DNA of 64,000 nucleotides from an uncultured delta proteobacterium (GTDB lineage: Bacteria; Myxococcota_A; Polyangia; Palsa-1104). This document shows, piece by piece, positions 32,403 to 45,824 of the stretch. The notes under the pieces are model-generated. The model saw only the letters and a program-made list of their open reading frames with translations. It ran no database searches and was not told the DNA's origin. The position numbers and the translations under genes are program-made. Every line of letters begins with the position of its first letter. Position 1 is the stretch's first letter. Location: contig CAWAWS010000024.1 of NCBI GenBank assembly GCA_963785725.1, positions 64,001-128,000 of the forward strand, given 5' to 3'.

Positions 32403-33293
32403 GTGATGAAACGAAGCTGGGCCGGAACTCTCGTGCGGACTTCACTGCCGCTGCTCTTGGCGGGGACGCTTGGCTGTGACGCGCTCTCCGTCAAGACATT
32501 CTCGGGCGCGGTCATGCAGTTCACGCTCGAGAACGCGCCCGCCACCGCGGCCGGCACGCACCTCGAGCTGTGGGCGCGCAACGCGAACAACGACATCATT
32601 CGCCTCGCGCCCTATTACGAAGAGAACAAGTACCTGAGCCAGCCGGGCTTCATCATCAAGCCCGCCATCACGCTCGACGACCCCTGCATGACCGACGGCA
32701 AGGGTCATCTGCTGACCGACCCGAGCGCCTATCCGACGACGATCAAGCAGGCCGGCGTGACGCAGACGCCGCAGCAGCAGGCGCAGCAGATCATCAATCG
32801 CATCGAGCAGCTCAATCCGCCGGGGGCGACGCCGCTCTTGGCCGTGCTGCCGTTCACGAGCGTCGTCGTGTCGTTCGTGCACGATGGGATGCCGACGACC
32901 ACGCCGACGCCGGACGAGCGGCAGAAGGGTTGTACCGACGCGGCCACCGCCGACCCCAACTTCTATATCCCGCAGCCGAGCCAGGTCACGGCGCCGATTC
33001 ACGGGTCGATTTACGGCTTCATCGGCTTTCAGACGCTCAATCCGCCGGCCAACTACGACGGCTTCCGCTTCGACGTCCCGGTCAACTTGGAGGGCTTGCA
33101 GGCGCTCTTCATGACGCTCGAGACGGTCGACATCGCCGACGTCAAGGTGCCCGGCTCGCTCTACGTCGTTTCGCAGCTGGTGCCGGGCGGACGCGACATC
33201 TTGCAGTTCGCGCTCACGTCGGTGGCCACGAGCGGCCCGTCGGGCGCCGTGGCCGTGGAAAACACGCTCGATCAAGACCCGGTGGAGTTCTGA
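32403..33293 (+). CDS. Hypothetical lipoprotein
   Basis: Lipobox-like TLGC after a hydrophobic signal. High GC3. Confidence 0.8.
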   Translation: MMKRSWAGTLVRTSLPLLLAGTLGCDALSVKTFSGAVMQFTLENAPATAAGTHLELWARNANNDIIRLAPYYEENKYLSQPGFIIKPAITLDDPCMTDGKGHLLTDPSAYPTTIKQAGVTQTPQQQAQQIINRIEQLNPPGATPLLAVLPFTSVVVSFVHDGMPTTTPTPDERQKGCTDAATADPNFYIPQPSQVTAPIHGSIYGFIGFQTLNPPANYDGFRFDVPVNLEGLQALFMTLETVDIADVKVPGSLYVVSQLVPGGRDILQFALTSVATSGPSGAVAVENTLDQDPVEF

Positions 33294-33322
33294 TGCGCAC
33301 GGACGGATCGCAGGAGGATTCC

Positions 33323-34354
33323 ATGAACCGGTGGTTGTCTCTCGTCGCGGGTGCGGCCGTCGCGGCCGTGATGGTCAGCGGGTGTAACAACCCGACGTGC
33401 GGGCCGGGCACGAAGCAAGTGCAGGTCAGCGGCGGCGCGCTCAAGTGCGAGCCGGTCGACTTCCAGGCGTCGGGCATCGTCTGCGACGCCGACGCCGGCG
33501 CCTCGATCGTCGGCGACAAGTGCGTCTCCACCCTCACCTGCGGCCAGGGCACGACGCTCGTCAACGGCGTCTGCATCGGCACGGGCGGCGGCACCTTGTC
33601 GGCTCCACCGTGCGCCAAGCCGGCCACCGGCAAGATCTGCGTCAACGGCTTGGTGCGCGACTTCTTGACCGGCGCCACCTTCACGGGCGCCATCCACGTG
33701 GCGCTTTACGACCCGCTCGCCTTCATCATGGGCAGCGCCCCGATTGCCCAGACCGACGTGGCCGCGGGCGCGGGTGGCTACATCTTTCAAGACGTGACGC
33801 CGCCCGGCCTCGGCCTCATCGCCGTCGTCGCCGGTGACAGCGACATCGCGAGCGGGAACAAGGGCGCTACCTTCGTCAGCGCCGCCTCGGGCGCGCAAGG
33901 CATCGCCATGGGCGGCATCTATCTCGTCGACATCTACGCGCTACAACGCTCGACGGTCAACGGCTGGGGCACGTCCGCGCCCGGCGGCACCGACTGGTAC
34001 ACGAGCGGCGGCTACATCTCGAAGTTCTACAGCGACCCGAAGCCCGACCCGACGATGCTCAGCGCCACCGAGACCAACCCGGTCGCCGGTGTGGCCGTCT
34101 CATTGCCGTCGGGAAGCAACAATCCCGTGGACACGTCGACGGTCTACTTCAGCACCGACTTGAGCACGGTCGACCCGTCGCTGAAGGTGACGAGCGCCAT
34201 CGGCGCCGGCATCTCGCCGCCGCCCACCGGCAACATCGCGACGTTCAGCGGCTCGGGCGGCGTCGACGGCAGCGGCAATGCGATCACGTGGGAAACGCAG
34301 CAGGGCGGATCGGCCGCTCACATCATCTTCATCTCTCGCTTTCACCCGAACTAA
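33323..34354 (+). CDS. Cys-rich lipoprotein
   Basis: SD CAGGAGG, lipobox VSGC, repeated CGPGT/CGQGT..C units then a beta-rich domain. Confidence 0.85.
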   Translation: MNRWLSLVAGAAVAAVMVSGCNNPTCGPGTKQVQVSGGALKCEPVDFQASGIVCDADAGASIVGDKCVSTLTCGQGTTLVNGVCIGTGGGTLSAPPCAKPATGKICVNGLVRDFLTGATFTGAIHVALYDPLAFIMGSAPIAQTDVAAGAGGYIFQDVTPPGLGLIAVVAGDSDIASGNKGATFVSAASGAQGIAMGGIYLVDIYALQRSTVNGWGTSAPGGTDWYTSGGYISKFYSDPKPDPTMLSATETNPVAGVAVSLPSGSNNPVDTSTVYFSTDLSTVDPSLKVTSAIGAGISPPPTGNIATFSGSGGVDGSGNAITWETQQGGSAAHIIFISRFHPN

Positions 34355-34398
34355 GGCGGCTAGGCCGATGGCAACCATGAATGGGGGCTCATTCGACC

Positions 34399-36259
<1,861 letters not shown>

Positions 36260-36262
36260 CGG

Positions 36263-38596
36263 ATGAACCGGATGATCAAGTCTACGTTCATCACTTCACT
36301 GGCCGGCGCCGCCGCCTTCGTCGTTCTTGGGGCGTCGACGGTCGCCCACGCGCAAGACGTCGCGCTGCCCGACTCGGCGCCGCCGCCGGCCGCGGCCGCC
36401 AACGGCAAAGCCGGCGAAGAGGGCGAGCCCGAGATCGCGCTCGACGTCGATCGCGAGATCGACTTGGCCAACGTCGTCACCTCGGCGGCCAAAGGCGTCA
36501 CGACGGTTCAAGAGGCGCCGGCGATCATCACGATCATCACGGCCGACGAGATCAAGGCGCGCGGCCATCGCACGATCATGGACGCCTTGTCGACGGTCCC
36601 CGGCTGGCTCGAAGTCCACGGCCTCGGCAATCAGGTCGATCTGCCGATGGTCCGCGGCGTCAGCCAGGCCGCGCTCTTCATGCGTGATGGCATGTCGCTC
36701 TTCGATCCGTGGGGCAACATTCCGTGGGCGAACCGCACGCAGCCGGTCGAGAACATCAAACGTATCGAAGTCGTGACCGGCCCCGGCGGCGTGCTCTGGG
36801 GCGCCAACTCGTTCCTCGGCATCGTCAACATGATCTCGAAGGACGCCGAGGACGTGAACGGCGTCGAGCTCTCGGCCGGCTACGGCGACGGCAGCGGCAA
36901 CAAGCAGGACTTCAAGACCTACGGCCTCTTCGGCAAGACGTTCCTGAGCGGCAAGCTGAAGATCTTCCAGCACATCTCGTACGAGAGCGACATCGGCGAA
37001 GTCTACACGGTGCCGCAGTTCATCGTCGCCGCGCCGGCGCCGCAGCCGGGCGGTCTCGCCTACTTCGGCAACACGCGCACCATCGATCCGCCGCGCAGCT
37101 GGATGGTCATCGTCGACGGCAAGTACACGTTCGGACCGCTCAGCCTCTACTACATGGTGCCGTTCGGCGATCAGCACTCGAACCTGACGTTCGCCAACTC
37201 GATCCAGCCCGGTAACCAGAACCTGTGGAACGTCTACGACCGCTACGGAATGCTCGAGTACAAAGATCGCTTCCTCAAGGATCGGCTCGGCATCACGGTC
37301 AAAGGCTACGGCACCGAGTTCGTGCGCGACTTCGGCATACAGCTCTATCCGCCGTCGAAGTTCTTCCCCAACTTGACCAACCCGGCCGGACAGCCGACCG
37401 GGCTCGGCGGCCTCAACATCTCGATCGATCAGACCATCTTCCGCGCCGGCACCACCGCCGACATCGACGTGGTCTTGCCGCTCAACCTCCGCATCCTCGT
37501 CGGCGGCGAGTTCTTCTACGAAGGCATCCGCGGCTCGACCGAGAAGTTCAACGCGCCCATCGACTCGACGCAGACGCCGGTCGTCTGCCCGGTCGGCGGC
37601 TCGGGCGGCACGCAGCCGCTCTCGACCTGCCCGCGCGAGTTCGCCGCCGACACCGGCCGTTTCGTCGGCGCCGGTTACGTCGACGCGCAGTGGCGTCCGT
37701 TCCAGAAGCTGACGCTCGACGGCGGCGTTCGTATCCAAAAGGGCTTCGGCGATCTCCCCTACAACCTCGTGCCGCTCGGCTCGGCCGCCATCGTCTACAA
37801 CTTCTTGCCCGACTACCACTTGAAGCTCAACTACTCGACCGGCTTCCGCGCACCGGTCTTCCAGAACACGTCGATCCCCGCCGGCGGCATCGACTACGGC
37901 TCGAACCCGCACCTGCAGACCGAGTCGTCGCAGGCGTTCCAAGGCGAGCTCAACGCGCGAGTGCTGCGCAACGTCCACAAGGTCCGCGAGCTCGAGCTGC
38001 GCGCCGACTACTCGTACACCGTCTTGTCGAACCTCATTCAGATCGAAAAGGGCGCCTATGCCAACTTCGGCAAGCGCGCCATCCACTCGGCCGAGGGTTA
38101 CGCCAAGCTCTACCTGAACGGCGACCACTACCTGCAGGCGTCGTACACGTACCTGTACGCCATCACCACCGACGCCGGCGTCATTCGCTCGACGCCCAAC
38201 AACTGGTTCGTCATCGGTGGCTCCTTCAACATCATCAAGAGCCTGTTCGACGTCAACGCCACCTTGGCCATCTACGGCGCCTACGAAGATCCCAACCGCT
38301 ACCCGAGCGCGCCGGCCGGCAGCGTCGGCGGCACGAACACCGGCGTCGTCAGCACGACGGCCGCGCCGCTGTCGTCGCTGACGTTCGATCGTCTGACGCC
38401 GGTCGCCGACCTGCAGCTCGGCTTCCGCTTGCGCTTCATGGCCGATCGGCTGCAGTTCAGCGGTCAGTTCTACAACGTCCTCAACCAGCGCTATTGGTAC
38501 CCGGACACGTTCAACGACCTGACGCCGACGGTCGAAATGACGCCCAATCCGGCTCCCGGCTTCAACTTCTTCGCCCGCGCCAACTACCGCTTCTAA
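36263..38596 (+). CDS. TonB-dependent receptor
   Basis: Plug domain EAPAIITIITADEI..VPG, IKRIEVVTGPGGVLWG, TGFRAP, C-terminal YRF. Confidence 0.93.
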   Translation: MNRMIKSTFITSLAGAAAFVVLGASTVAHAQDVALPDSAPPPAAAANGKAGEEGEPEIALDVDREIDLANVVTSAAKGVTTVQEAPAIITIITADEIKARGHRTIMDALSTVPGWLEVHGLGNQVDLPMVRGVSQAALFMRDGMSLFDPWGNIPWANRTQPVENIKRIEVVTGPGGVLWGANSFLGIVNMISKDAEDVNGVELSAGYGDGSGNKQDFKTYGLFGKTFLSGKLKIFQHISYESDIGEVYTVPQFIVAAPAPQPGGLAYFGNTRTIDPPRSWMVIVDGKYTFGPLSLYYMVPFGDQHSNLTFANSIQPGNQNLWNVYDRYGMLEYKDRFLKDRLGITVKGYGTEFVRDFGIQLYPPSKFFPNLTNPAGQPTGLGGLNISIDQTIFRAGTTADIDVVLPLNLRILVGGEFFYEGIRGSTEKFNAPIDSTQTPVVCPVGGSGGTQPLSTCPREFAADTGRFVGAGYVDAQWRPFQKLTLDGGVRIQKGFGDLPYNLVPLGSAAIVYNFLPDYHLKLNYSTGFRAPVFQNTSIPAGGIDYGSNPHLQTESSQAFQGELNARVLRNVHKVRELELRADYSYTVLSNLIQIEKGAYANFGKRAIHSAEGYAKLYLNGDHYLQASYTYLYAITTDAGVIRSTPNNWFVIGGSFNIIKSLFDVNATLAIYGAYEDPNRYPSAPAGSVGGTNTGVVSTTAAPLSSLTFDRLTPVADLQLGFRLRFMADRLQFSGQFYNVLNQRYWYPDTFNDLTPTVEMTPNPAPGFNFFARANYRF

Positions 38597-38633
38597 CCCG
38601 CTTCCGCGGCGCCAGTCGTAGTAAGACTTCCGC

Positions 38634-39428
38634 ATGCAAGACTATCGCGCGCTGGCCGCCTTCGCCCCGCGGCTGCGCGGCATCTTCTGCGACGTCGACG
38701 ACACGCTCACCCATGACGGCGCGCTCGTGCCCGCTGCCTTCGACGCCATCGCGCGCGCCACGGCGGCCGGGCTGCGCGTCGTCGCCGTCACCGGCCGCCC
38801 CGCCGGTTGGGCCGAGGTCTTCGCCTGCACCTGGCCCATCGCCGGCGCCATCGCCGAGAACGGCGGCTTCGCCGTGCGTCGCAGCGGCCGCTCGGTCGAG
38901 CGCACGACGTGGGAAAGCGCCGACCTGTGTGCCGGCCATCACGCGCAGCTGCAGACGATCGCCGCCGCGCTCCTCCGCGACGTGCCCGGTGCGCGCGTCG
39001 CCGACAATCAATGGCTGCGCCGCTGCGACCTGGCCATGGACATCGGCGAGACTCAGCAGCTGCCACCGGCCGTCGTCGACGACATCTGCCGCCGCATTCG
39101 TGCCGCCGGCGCCCGCTGCATCACGTCATCGGTGCACGCGCACGCCTACTTCGGCGACTACGACAAGGCGCGCATGTGCGAGCGGGTCGCCCACGACTGG
39201 TGGCACGAAGACTTGGCGGCGACGCGCGGCGACTACCTCTTCGTCGGCGACTCGCCCAACGACCAGCCCTGCTTCGCCTACTTCCCGCTCGCCGCCGGCG
39301 TCGCCAACGTGCGCCGCTACCTCGATCGCTTGGCGCCGCCGCCGAGCTACGTCGCCGACCACGAAGGCGGCCACGGCTTCGCCGAGATCGTCTCCGTCAT
39401 CCTCGATCAGCGCGACCGCGCTACTTGA
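38634..39428 (+). CDS. HAD-superfamily hydrolase, subfamily IIB
   Basis: DVDDTLT, VTGR, DK, FVGDSPND. Confidence 0.9.
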   Translation: MQDYRALAAFAPRLRGIFCDVDDTLTHDGALVPAAFDAIARATAAGLRVVAVTGRPAGWAEVFACTWPIAGAIAENGGFAVRRSGRSVERTTWESADLCAGHHAQLQTIAAALLRDVPGARVADNQWLRRCDLAMDIGETQQLPPAVVDDICRRIRAAGARCITSSVHAHAYFGDYDKARMCERVAHDWWHEDLAATRGDYLFVGDSPNDQPCFAYFPLAAGVANVRRYLDRLAPPPSYVADHEGGHGFAEIVSVILDQRDRAT

Positions 39429-39837
39429 CGGGCTTCGGCGACTTGGCGGCGTTGGCCGCGGCGAGCGCGGCCGTGCGCTTCTGAATCGCCAGCGCGATCG
39501 CTTCCTTCAGCGACGCCGAGTCGATCGGCTTCGAGACCCAGGCGTCGACCAGCTTCCACTGCTCCACCTTCTCGTCGACGAGCGAGTCGGCATAGCCGGT
39601 CAAGAGCACGCGCACCGCTTGCGGCTGCTGCGCAAAGGCCAGCTCCAGCAGCTCCAGGCCCGAGCGCCGCGGCATGCGCCGGTCGGTGACGATGACGTCG
39701 AGCGGCCCGCGCGCGAACAGCGTCAGCGCCTCTTCCACCGACTGCGCGCGCAGCACCTCGTACTCACGCCGAAAGACGCGATCGAGGAAGTCGAGCATGT
39801 CGGGCTCGTCATCGACGATGAGGAGGCGTCTGCCCAT
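39421..39837 (-). CDS. Single-domain response regulator
   Basis: LLIVDDE, VTDRRMP, LLTGY, SKP. Confidence 0.9.
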   Translation of the reverse strand: MGRRLLIVDDEPDMLDFLDRVFRREYEVLRAQSVEEALTLFARGPLDVIVTDRRMPRRSGLELLELAFAQQPQAVRVLLTGYADSLVDEKVEQWKLVDAWVSKPIDSASLKEAIALAIQKRTAALAAANAAKSPKPVK

Positions 39838-39893
39838 TACGGAAACGTACCGTAAGCCGCACTTCTTACATGTGCAAGTACAGACCGCGTTCA

Positions 39894-39921
39894 TTGACTT
39901 CCTCTGACAATCCGCTACGAT
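39894..39921 (+). promoter_or_regulatory. Putative sigma70-type promoter
   Basis: TTGACT-N16-TACGAT. Confidence 0.45.
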
Positions 39922-39924
39922 GGA

Positions 39925-40943
<1,019 letters not shown>

Positions 40944-40945
40944 GC

Positions 40946-43430
40946 ATGCCGCAGCACGACGGCGGACGGACGCTGGGCAGCTACCAGCTCCTGTCGCAGC
41001 TCGCCGTCGGCGGCATGGCCGAGATCTACGTCGCCAAGACCGCGCGGCGTCGGCGGCTTCGAGAAGCTGCTCGCGCTCAAGGTGATCCATCCCGAACTTC
41101 TCGGCCGACCCCGAGTTCATCCAGATGCTCGTCGACGAGGCGAAGCTCGCGGTGCAGCTGCAGCACGCCAACATCGTGCAGACCTTCGACCTCGGCCGCG
41201 TCGACGAGCAGTACTACATCGCGATGGAGCTGATCGACGGCGTCGATCTCTACAAGCTCCTGCGCCGCGCCTCCGAGCGCGACATCGACTTCCCGTTCGA
41301 GGTGGCCGCGTTCATCGCGCCGAGGTCTGCGCCGGCCTCGATTACGCGCACAGCAAGCGCGACGCGCGCGGCCGGCCGCTGCAGATCGTGCATCGCGACA
41401 TCTCGCCGCAGAACATGCTCGTCAGCTTCGACGGCGGCGTGAAGATCGTCGACTTCGGCATCGCCAAGGCCGCGCATGCGCTCGCAGCAGACGGCGGCCG
41501 GCGTCATCAAGGGCAAGTACTATTACATGTCGCCCGAGCAGGCGTGGGGCGATCCGATCGACGCGCGCACCGACATCTTCTCGGCCGGCATCTTGCTCTA
41601 CGAAATGATCGTCGGTCAGATGCTCTATCTCGAAGAGGAGATCGACAAGCTGCTGGAAGTGGTACGCCGCGCGGCGATCGCGCCGCCGTCGACGAAGCGC
41701 ATGGGCGTGCCGCGCGAGCTCGAGGCCATCGTCATGCGCGCGCTGCGCAAGCGGGCCGACGATCGCTGGCCGTCCGCGACCGAGCTGGCGCAAGTGCTGG
41801 GCGAGTTCGTGCATGGCTTCGCGCCCGACTTCAGCCGCGCGCGCCTGGCGACGTTCGTGCGCGAGGTCATGGGCGACGAGGAGACGGCGCAGCACCGCGA
41901 TCCGCGCACGGCGACGGCGCCGGCCGCGCGCGCCGGCGACGCACAGAAGGTCCGCGACGAGAATTCGCTCCTCTTCAAGCTGCACGATCCTCAAGCCCGA
42001 AGCCGAGAAGGCGCCGCCGCCGCGCCGCGCCGACGTGGCCACGAACGTGCGGCCGCGCCCGGACTTCGGCGAGAACGAAGCGACCATCGTCGACGCCGGC
42101 CATGGCGTGACCGGCGATATCGGCGACAACGACGCGACGCGACCGGTCGGCCCGGCCATCAAGCGCGGCACGGCCGAGATGCCGTCGGGCAAGTTCGATC
42201 TCGGTCCCGACGATCCGGCGCACGACCAAGACGCGCGCGAGTCGCGGACGGCGCCGCTGCGCAAGGCGATGCCCGACGAGGAAGACATCGTCACCAGCGC
42301 GCGCCGCCTGCCCAAGCCGTCGCTGGCGCTGCCGGTGCTGCAGCCGGCCGTCGACGTCGATGTCGAAGTGGACGACGACCATCCGCCCTCGCAGCCGCTG
42401 CCGGGCGTGCGGCCGGCCCGCGGACAAGAGGCGCCCAAGCGGCGGCCGCCGCAGCCCTTCGGCCGCTTCGGCGACGACGAGGCGACCAGCGATCTGGGGC
42501 CGAAGTCGCGCACTTCAGCCGCGTCGGCGACGGGCGCGCGGCCGCCTTCGGGCACGCGGCCGGTCTCCAGCAGCAGCTTCGACGAGCCCGACGCGCCGAC
42601 GGTGTCCGCGCGCTCGCGGCCGGTGCAGCCGCTGCCGCAGTCCTCGTCCGATGCCGCGACGCTGACGCTGCCGCCGTCGCAGCATCCGCTCGGCAACCAG
42701 TCGAACGCGTCGTCGGGCTCGCGCGCGGCGTTAAAGGCCAGCTTCGACGAGCCGACCCACATTCCGCCGGCGATCCCGCCGCCGATCGACTCCGGTCGCT
42801 GGGAGCCGCGGCTGTCCGACTCGCAGCATCCGCCGATGGCGCAGCCCTATTCGCCGCTGCAACAGACGGGCGAGCAGCCGAACCTGCGCCACGAAGGGCG
42901 CGGCATGCGCATCCTGCTCATCGTCATCGCCGTGGCGCTGGCGCTGGCGCTGGCCGCGCTCGCCGCCGTCATGCTCGGCGCCGTCGACGCGCGCGCCACC
43001 TTGAGCATCGTGTCGCTGCCCGCCGGCGCCGAAGTGCGCGTCGACGGCAACGCCGCGTCCAGCCTGACGCCGCTGCAGCTCGTCGACATCGATCCGCGGC
43101 AGACGCATCACGTGCGCGTCTCGAAGGCGGGCTGGGACGCCTGGGAATCGGACGTGAAGTTCGCGCCGCACGAGCGCGAAGTGCGCGTACAGGCGGTGCT
43201 GGTGCCGGCCGTGGGCACGCTGTCCATCAGCGTCCACGCCGCCGGGCGCCGAGGCCATCGTCAACGGCCGCGTCGGCGGCACGACGCCGACGACCGTCGC
43301 CGACCTGCCGCCCAACGACGACGTCGTCATCGAGCTGCGCCTACGCGGCTACAAAGTCGCCCACGCGACACTGTCTTGGGCCGGTAAACGAACGCTCAAC
43401 GTGTCGATCCCGCTTGAAAAGGCCAAGTAG
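40946..43430 (+). CDS. Membrane Ser/Thr kinase with Pro-rich linker, TM and two PEGA domains (about six apparent frameshifts)
   Basis: [63 protein letters not shown]. Pieces lie in successive frames. Confidence 0.88.
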
Positions 43431-43451
43431 CGCGGAGTACGCTGACGGGCC

Positions 43452-43916
43452 ATGGCACTTGTCGCGCAGAGTGAAAGACCGCAGGGCGAGATCACCACGC
43501 TGCTCGGCCGCGGATCGGAGTTCGAAGGCAAGCTCACCTTCGAAGGCACCGTCCGTATCGACGGTAAATTATCGGGCGAAATCTTCTCCGAAGACGTCCT
43601 CGTCATCGGCGAAGGCGCCCAAGTCAACGCCGAGATCGACGTCGGTGTCATCATCGTCGAAGGCAACGTGACCGGGAACATCAAGGCCAAGCGCGCCGTC
43701 GAATTGCACGCGCCGGCGCGGGTCAAAGGCAACATCGAGACGCCGTCGCTGTACATCGACAAAGGCGTCGTCTTCGAGGGCTTCAGCAAGATGGAGAACA
43801 TCGGCGCGGCCACGCCGCCGCGCACGCTGCAGGGCCTGGCCGCGGCGGCGCAGTCGTCGAGCGCGTCGACGCCGGCCGTCACGCCGACGTCATCGTCCAC
43901 GCCGCCCAAGAAGTAA
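43452..43916 (+). CDS. Bactofilin (polymer-forming cytoskeletal protein, BacM-like)
   Basis: TLLGRGSEFEGKLTF..RIDG..VIGEGAQV..VKGNI..GVVFEG. Confidence 0.93.
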   Translation: MALVAQSERPQGEITTLLGRGSEFEGKLTFEGTVRIDGKLSGEIFSEDVLVIGEGAQVNAEIDVGVIIVEGNVTGNIKAKRAVELHAPARVKGNIETPSLYIDKGVVFEGFSKMENIGAATPPRTLQGLAAAAQSSSASTPAVTPTSSSTPPKK

Positions 43917-43979
43917 CCCGCACCTACATACTGTGTCTCACTGGCGGCTCATACCCGCCCACGTTACGTATCCTCCGTG

Positions 43980-44008
43980 TTGACACTGTGCAGCGAGGGT
44001 GTTAAGAG
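43980..44008 (+). promoter_or_regulatory. Putative sigma70 promoter of the atp operon
   Basis: TTGACA-N17-TAAGAG with extended TG. Confidence 0.6.
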
Positions 44009-44044
44009 CGTCGCGCCTTTGCCCGCTGCTTCCTTGGAGAATAG

Positions 44045-44521
44045 ATGCTTCTTGCCACCTTGCTGACGCGCGCGCCAGAAGAGGCTCCGCCGCTCATCGA
44101 CGTCGATGGGACGCTGCTCGTTCAGTTCGCGCTCTTCTTGATTCTGCTGGTGATTCTGTCGCGTGTGCTCTTCCGGCCCTATTGGAAGCTGCGCGACGCC
44201 CGCCACGCCGGCATCGAAGGCGCGCGCGAAGACGCGCACAAGATGGAAGAGCGCGCCCGTCACATCGTCGCCGATTATGACGCCAAGCTGACGGCGGCGC
44301 GCCTGCGCGGCGGCGAAGAGCGGCAGCGGCTGCGCTCCGAAGGCGCCGTCTACGAGCGCCAGGTCGTCGGCGCCGCGCGCGACGAGGCGCAGAAGACGCT
44401 CACCAGCGCCCGCGGCCGCATCGACAGCGACGCCAAGACGGCGCGCACGCAGCTCGAGCAGCAGTCGGTCTCGCTGGCGCGCGAAATCGTGAAGAAGATC
44501 CTCGGTCGGGAGGTCGCCTGA
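44045..44521 (+). CDS. atpF2: ATP synthase F0 subunit b'
   Basis: DGTLLVQFALFLIL..LFRP then charged coiled coil ending KILGREV. First gene of the atp operon. Confidence 0.9.
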   Translation: MLLATLLTRAPEEAPPLIDVDGTLLVQFALFLILLVILSRVLFRPYWKLRDARHAGIEGAREDAHKMEERARHIVADYDAKLTAARLRGGEERQRLRSEGAVYERQVVGAARDEAQKTLTSARGRIDSDAKTARTQLEQQSVSLAREIVKKILGREVA

Positions 44522-45274
44522 TGCTGCGTCGCACGCTGTTGGCGATCGGCTTCTTGGGCGCGCTGGCCGGCGTCGCGGGTAGCAGCGTCGCCGTCGCGCA
44601 AGAAGGCGCGCCCGCGCCCCATCGCCGCCAGACCAACGAGCGCTCGCCCGAAGGCGGCGCCGGCATGCCCGGTGTCGACGTCGACGAGTCGGAGTCTTCG
44701 GGCCACATCACCAACTGGTGGAGCTTCGATTACGGCGCCGGCGCCAAGGACCCGACGCACAAGGGCTGGCCGCCTCCGTTCGGCATCGCGCTCCTCAACT
44801 TCGCCATCTTCCTCGGCGTCATGAGCAAGCTCGCCTGGAAGCCGCTGCAAAAGATGATCGCCGAGCGCAGCCACGGCATCGCCCGCTCGCTCGATTCGGC
44901 CACCGAGCTGCACAAGAAGGCCGAAGAGCAGCTCAAGACCTTCGAGGCGAAAGTGGCCGGCATCAACGGCGAGGTCGACGCCTTGTTGGCCAGCATTCGC
45001 AAGGAAGCCGAGCAGGAGAAGGCGCGCATCATCGCCGCCGCCGAAGCCGACGCCAAGCGCCTGAAGGAAGACGCCGAGCGCCAGATCGCCGCCGAAATCG
45101 AGAGCGCGCGTCGTGAACTGCGCCGCGGCGTCATCGAAGCCGCCGTCGCTGCCGCCGATGCCGCCGTCAAGAAGAACATCGCCGCCGACGATCAGCGCAA
45201 GATGGCCGAGCGCTACGTCGGGGACGTCGAAGCGCAGGCATGCAACGAAGACCTCGACCGGGAGCCCGTCCTAA
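44521..45274 (+). CDS. atpF: ATP synthase F0 subunit b (reads through into delta as assembled, probable +1 error near 45241)
   Basis: LLNFAIFLGVM..KPL, coiled coil, DDQRKM. Removing one base gives ..ATKTSTGSPS* with a TAATG overlap. Confidence 0.85.
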
Positions 45275-45804
45275 TGCTCGCTCGCCGCTACGCCAAGGCG
45301 CTGCTCGAGATCGGCATCGCCCAGCAGAGCTTCGACGCCTTCGGCAAGGAGATCGAGCGCGCCGCCGAGACGTTCAAGCGCTCGCCGGAGCTGCGCACGA
45401 CGCTGGAGAACCCGATCTTCGCCGTCGAGAAGCGCCGCATGGTGCTCGACGACGTGTCGCGCCGCATCGCGCTCTCCAAGATCGTGCGCAACTTCGTGAT
45501 GCTGCTGCTCGACAAGGGTCGCATCCAGCTGCTGCCGGAGATCGCGCGCGTCTATCGCACGCTCGTCGACGAGCACGCCGGTCGCGTGCGCGCGCTGGTG
45601 ACGTCGGCGCGGCCGCTCGATCCGATGTTGGAGACGCGCCTGAAGACGGCGCTGGAGAAGCAGTCGGGCAAGACCGTAATTCTCGAGAAGCGCGAAGATC
45701 CGAGCATCGTCGGCGGTTTGGTCACGCAGCTCGGCGACACCCTTTACGACGGCAGCGTACGCACGCAGCTTCAGCAGATGCGCGAGCAGCTGCTCAGCGA
45801 ATAA
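45274..45804 (+). CDS. atpH: ATP synthase F1 subunit delta
   Basis: ARRYAKAL, DPSIVGGL, YDGSVRTQL. GGGAG SD upstream. Confidence 0.92.
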   Translation: MLARRYAKALLEIGIAQQSFDAFGKEIERAAETFKRSPELRTTLENPIFAVEKRRMVLDDVSRRIALSKIVRNFVMLLLDKGRIQLLPEIARVYRTLVDEHAGRVRALVTSARPLDPMLETRLKTALEKQSGKTVILEKREDPSIVGGLVTQLGDTLYDGSVRTQLQQMREQLLSE

Positions 45805-45824
45805 CCAGGGGACCCAGGTAAAAG

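Noticed and set aside
44521..45804. Apparent b-delta (atpF-atpH) fusion of 427 aa, as in mycobacteria
   Set aside because: Removing one base near 45241 gives a normal stop with TAATG coupling and a GGGAG SD before atpH, matching the window's +1 error bias. Needs read confirmation.
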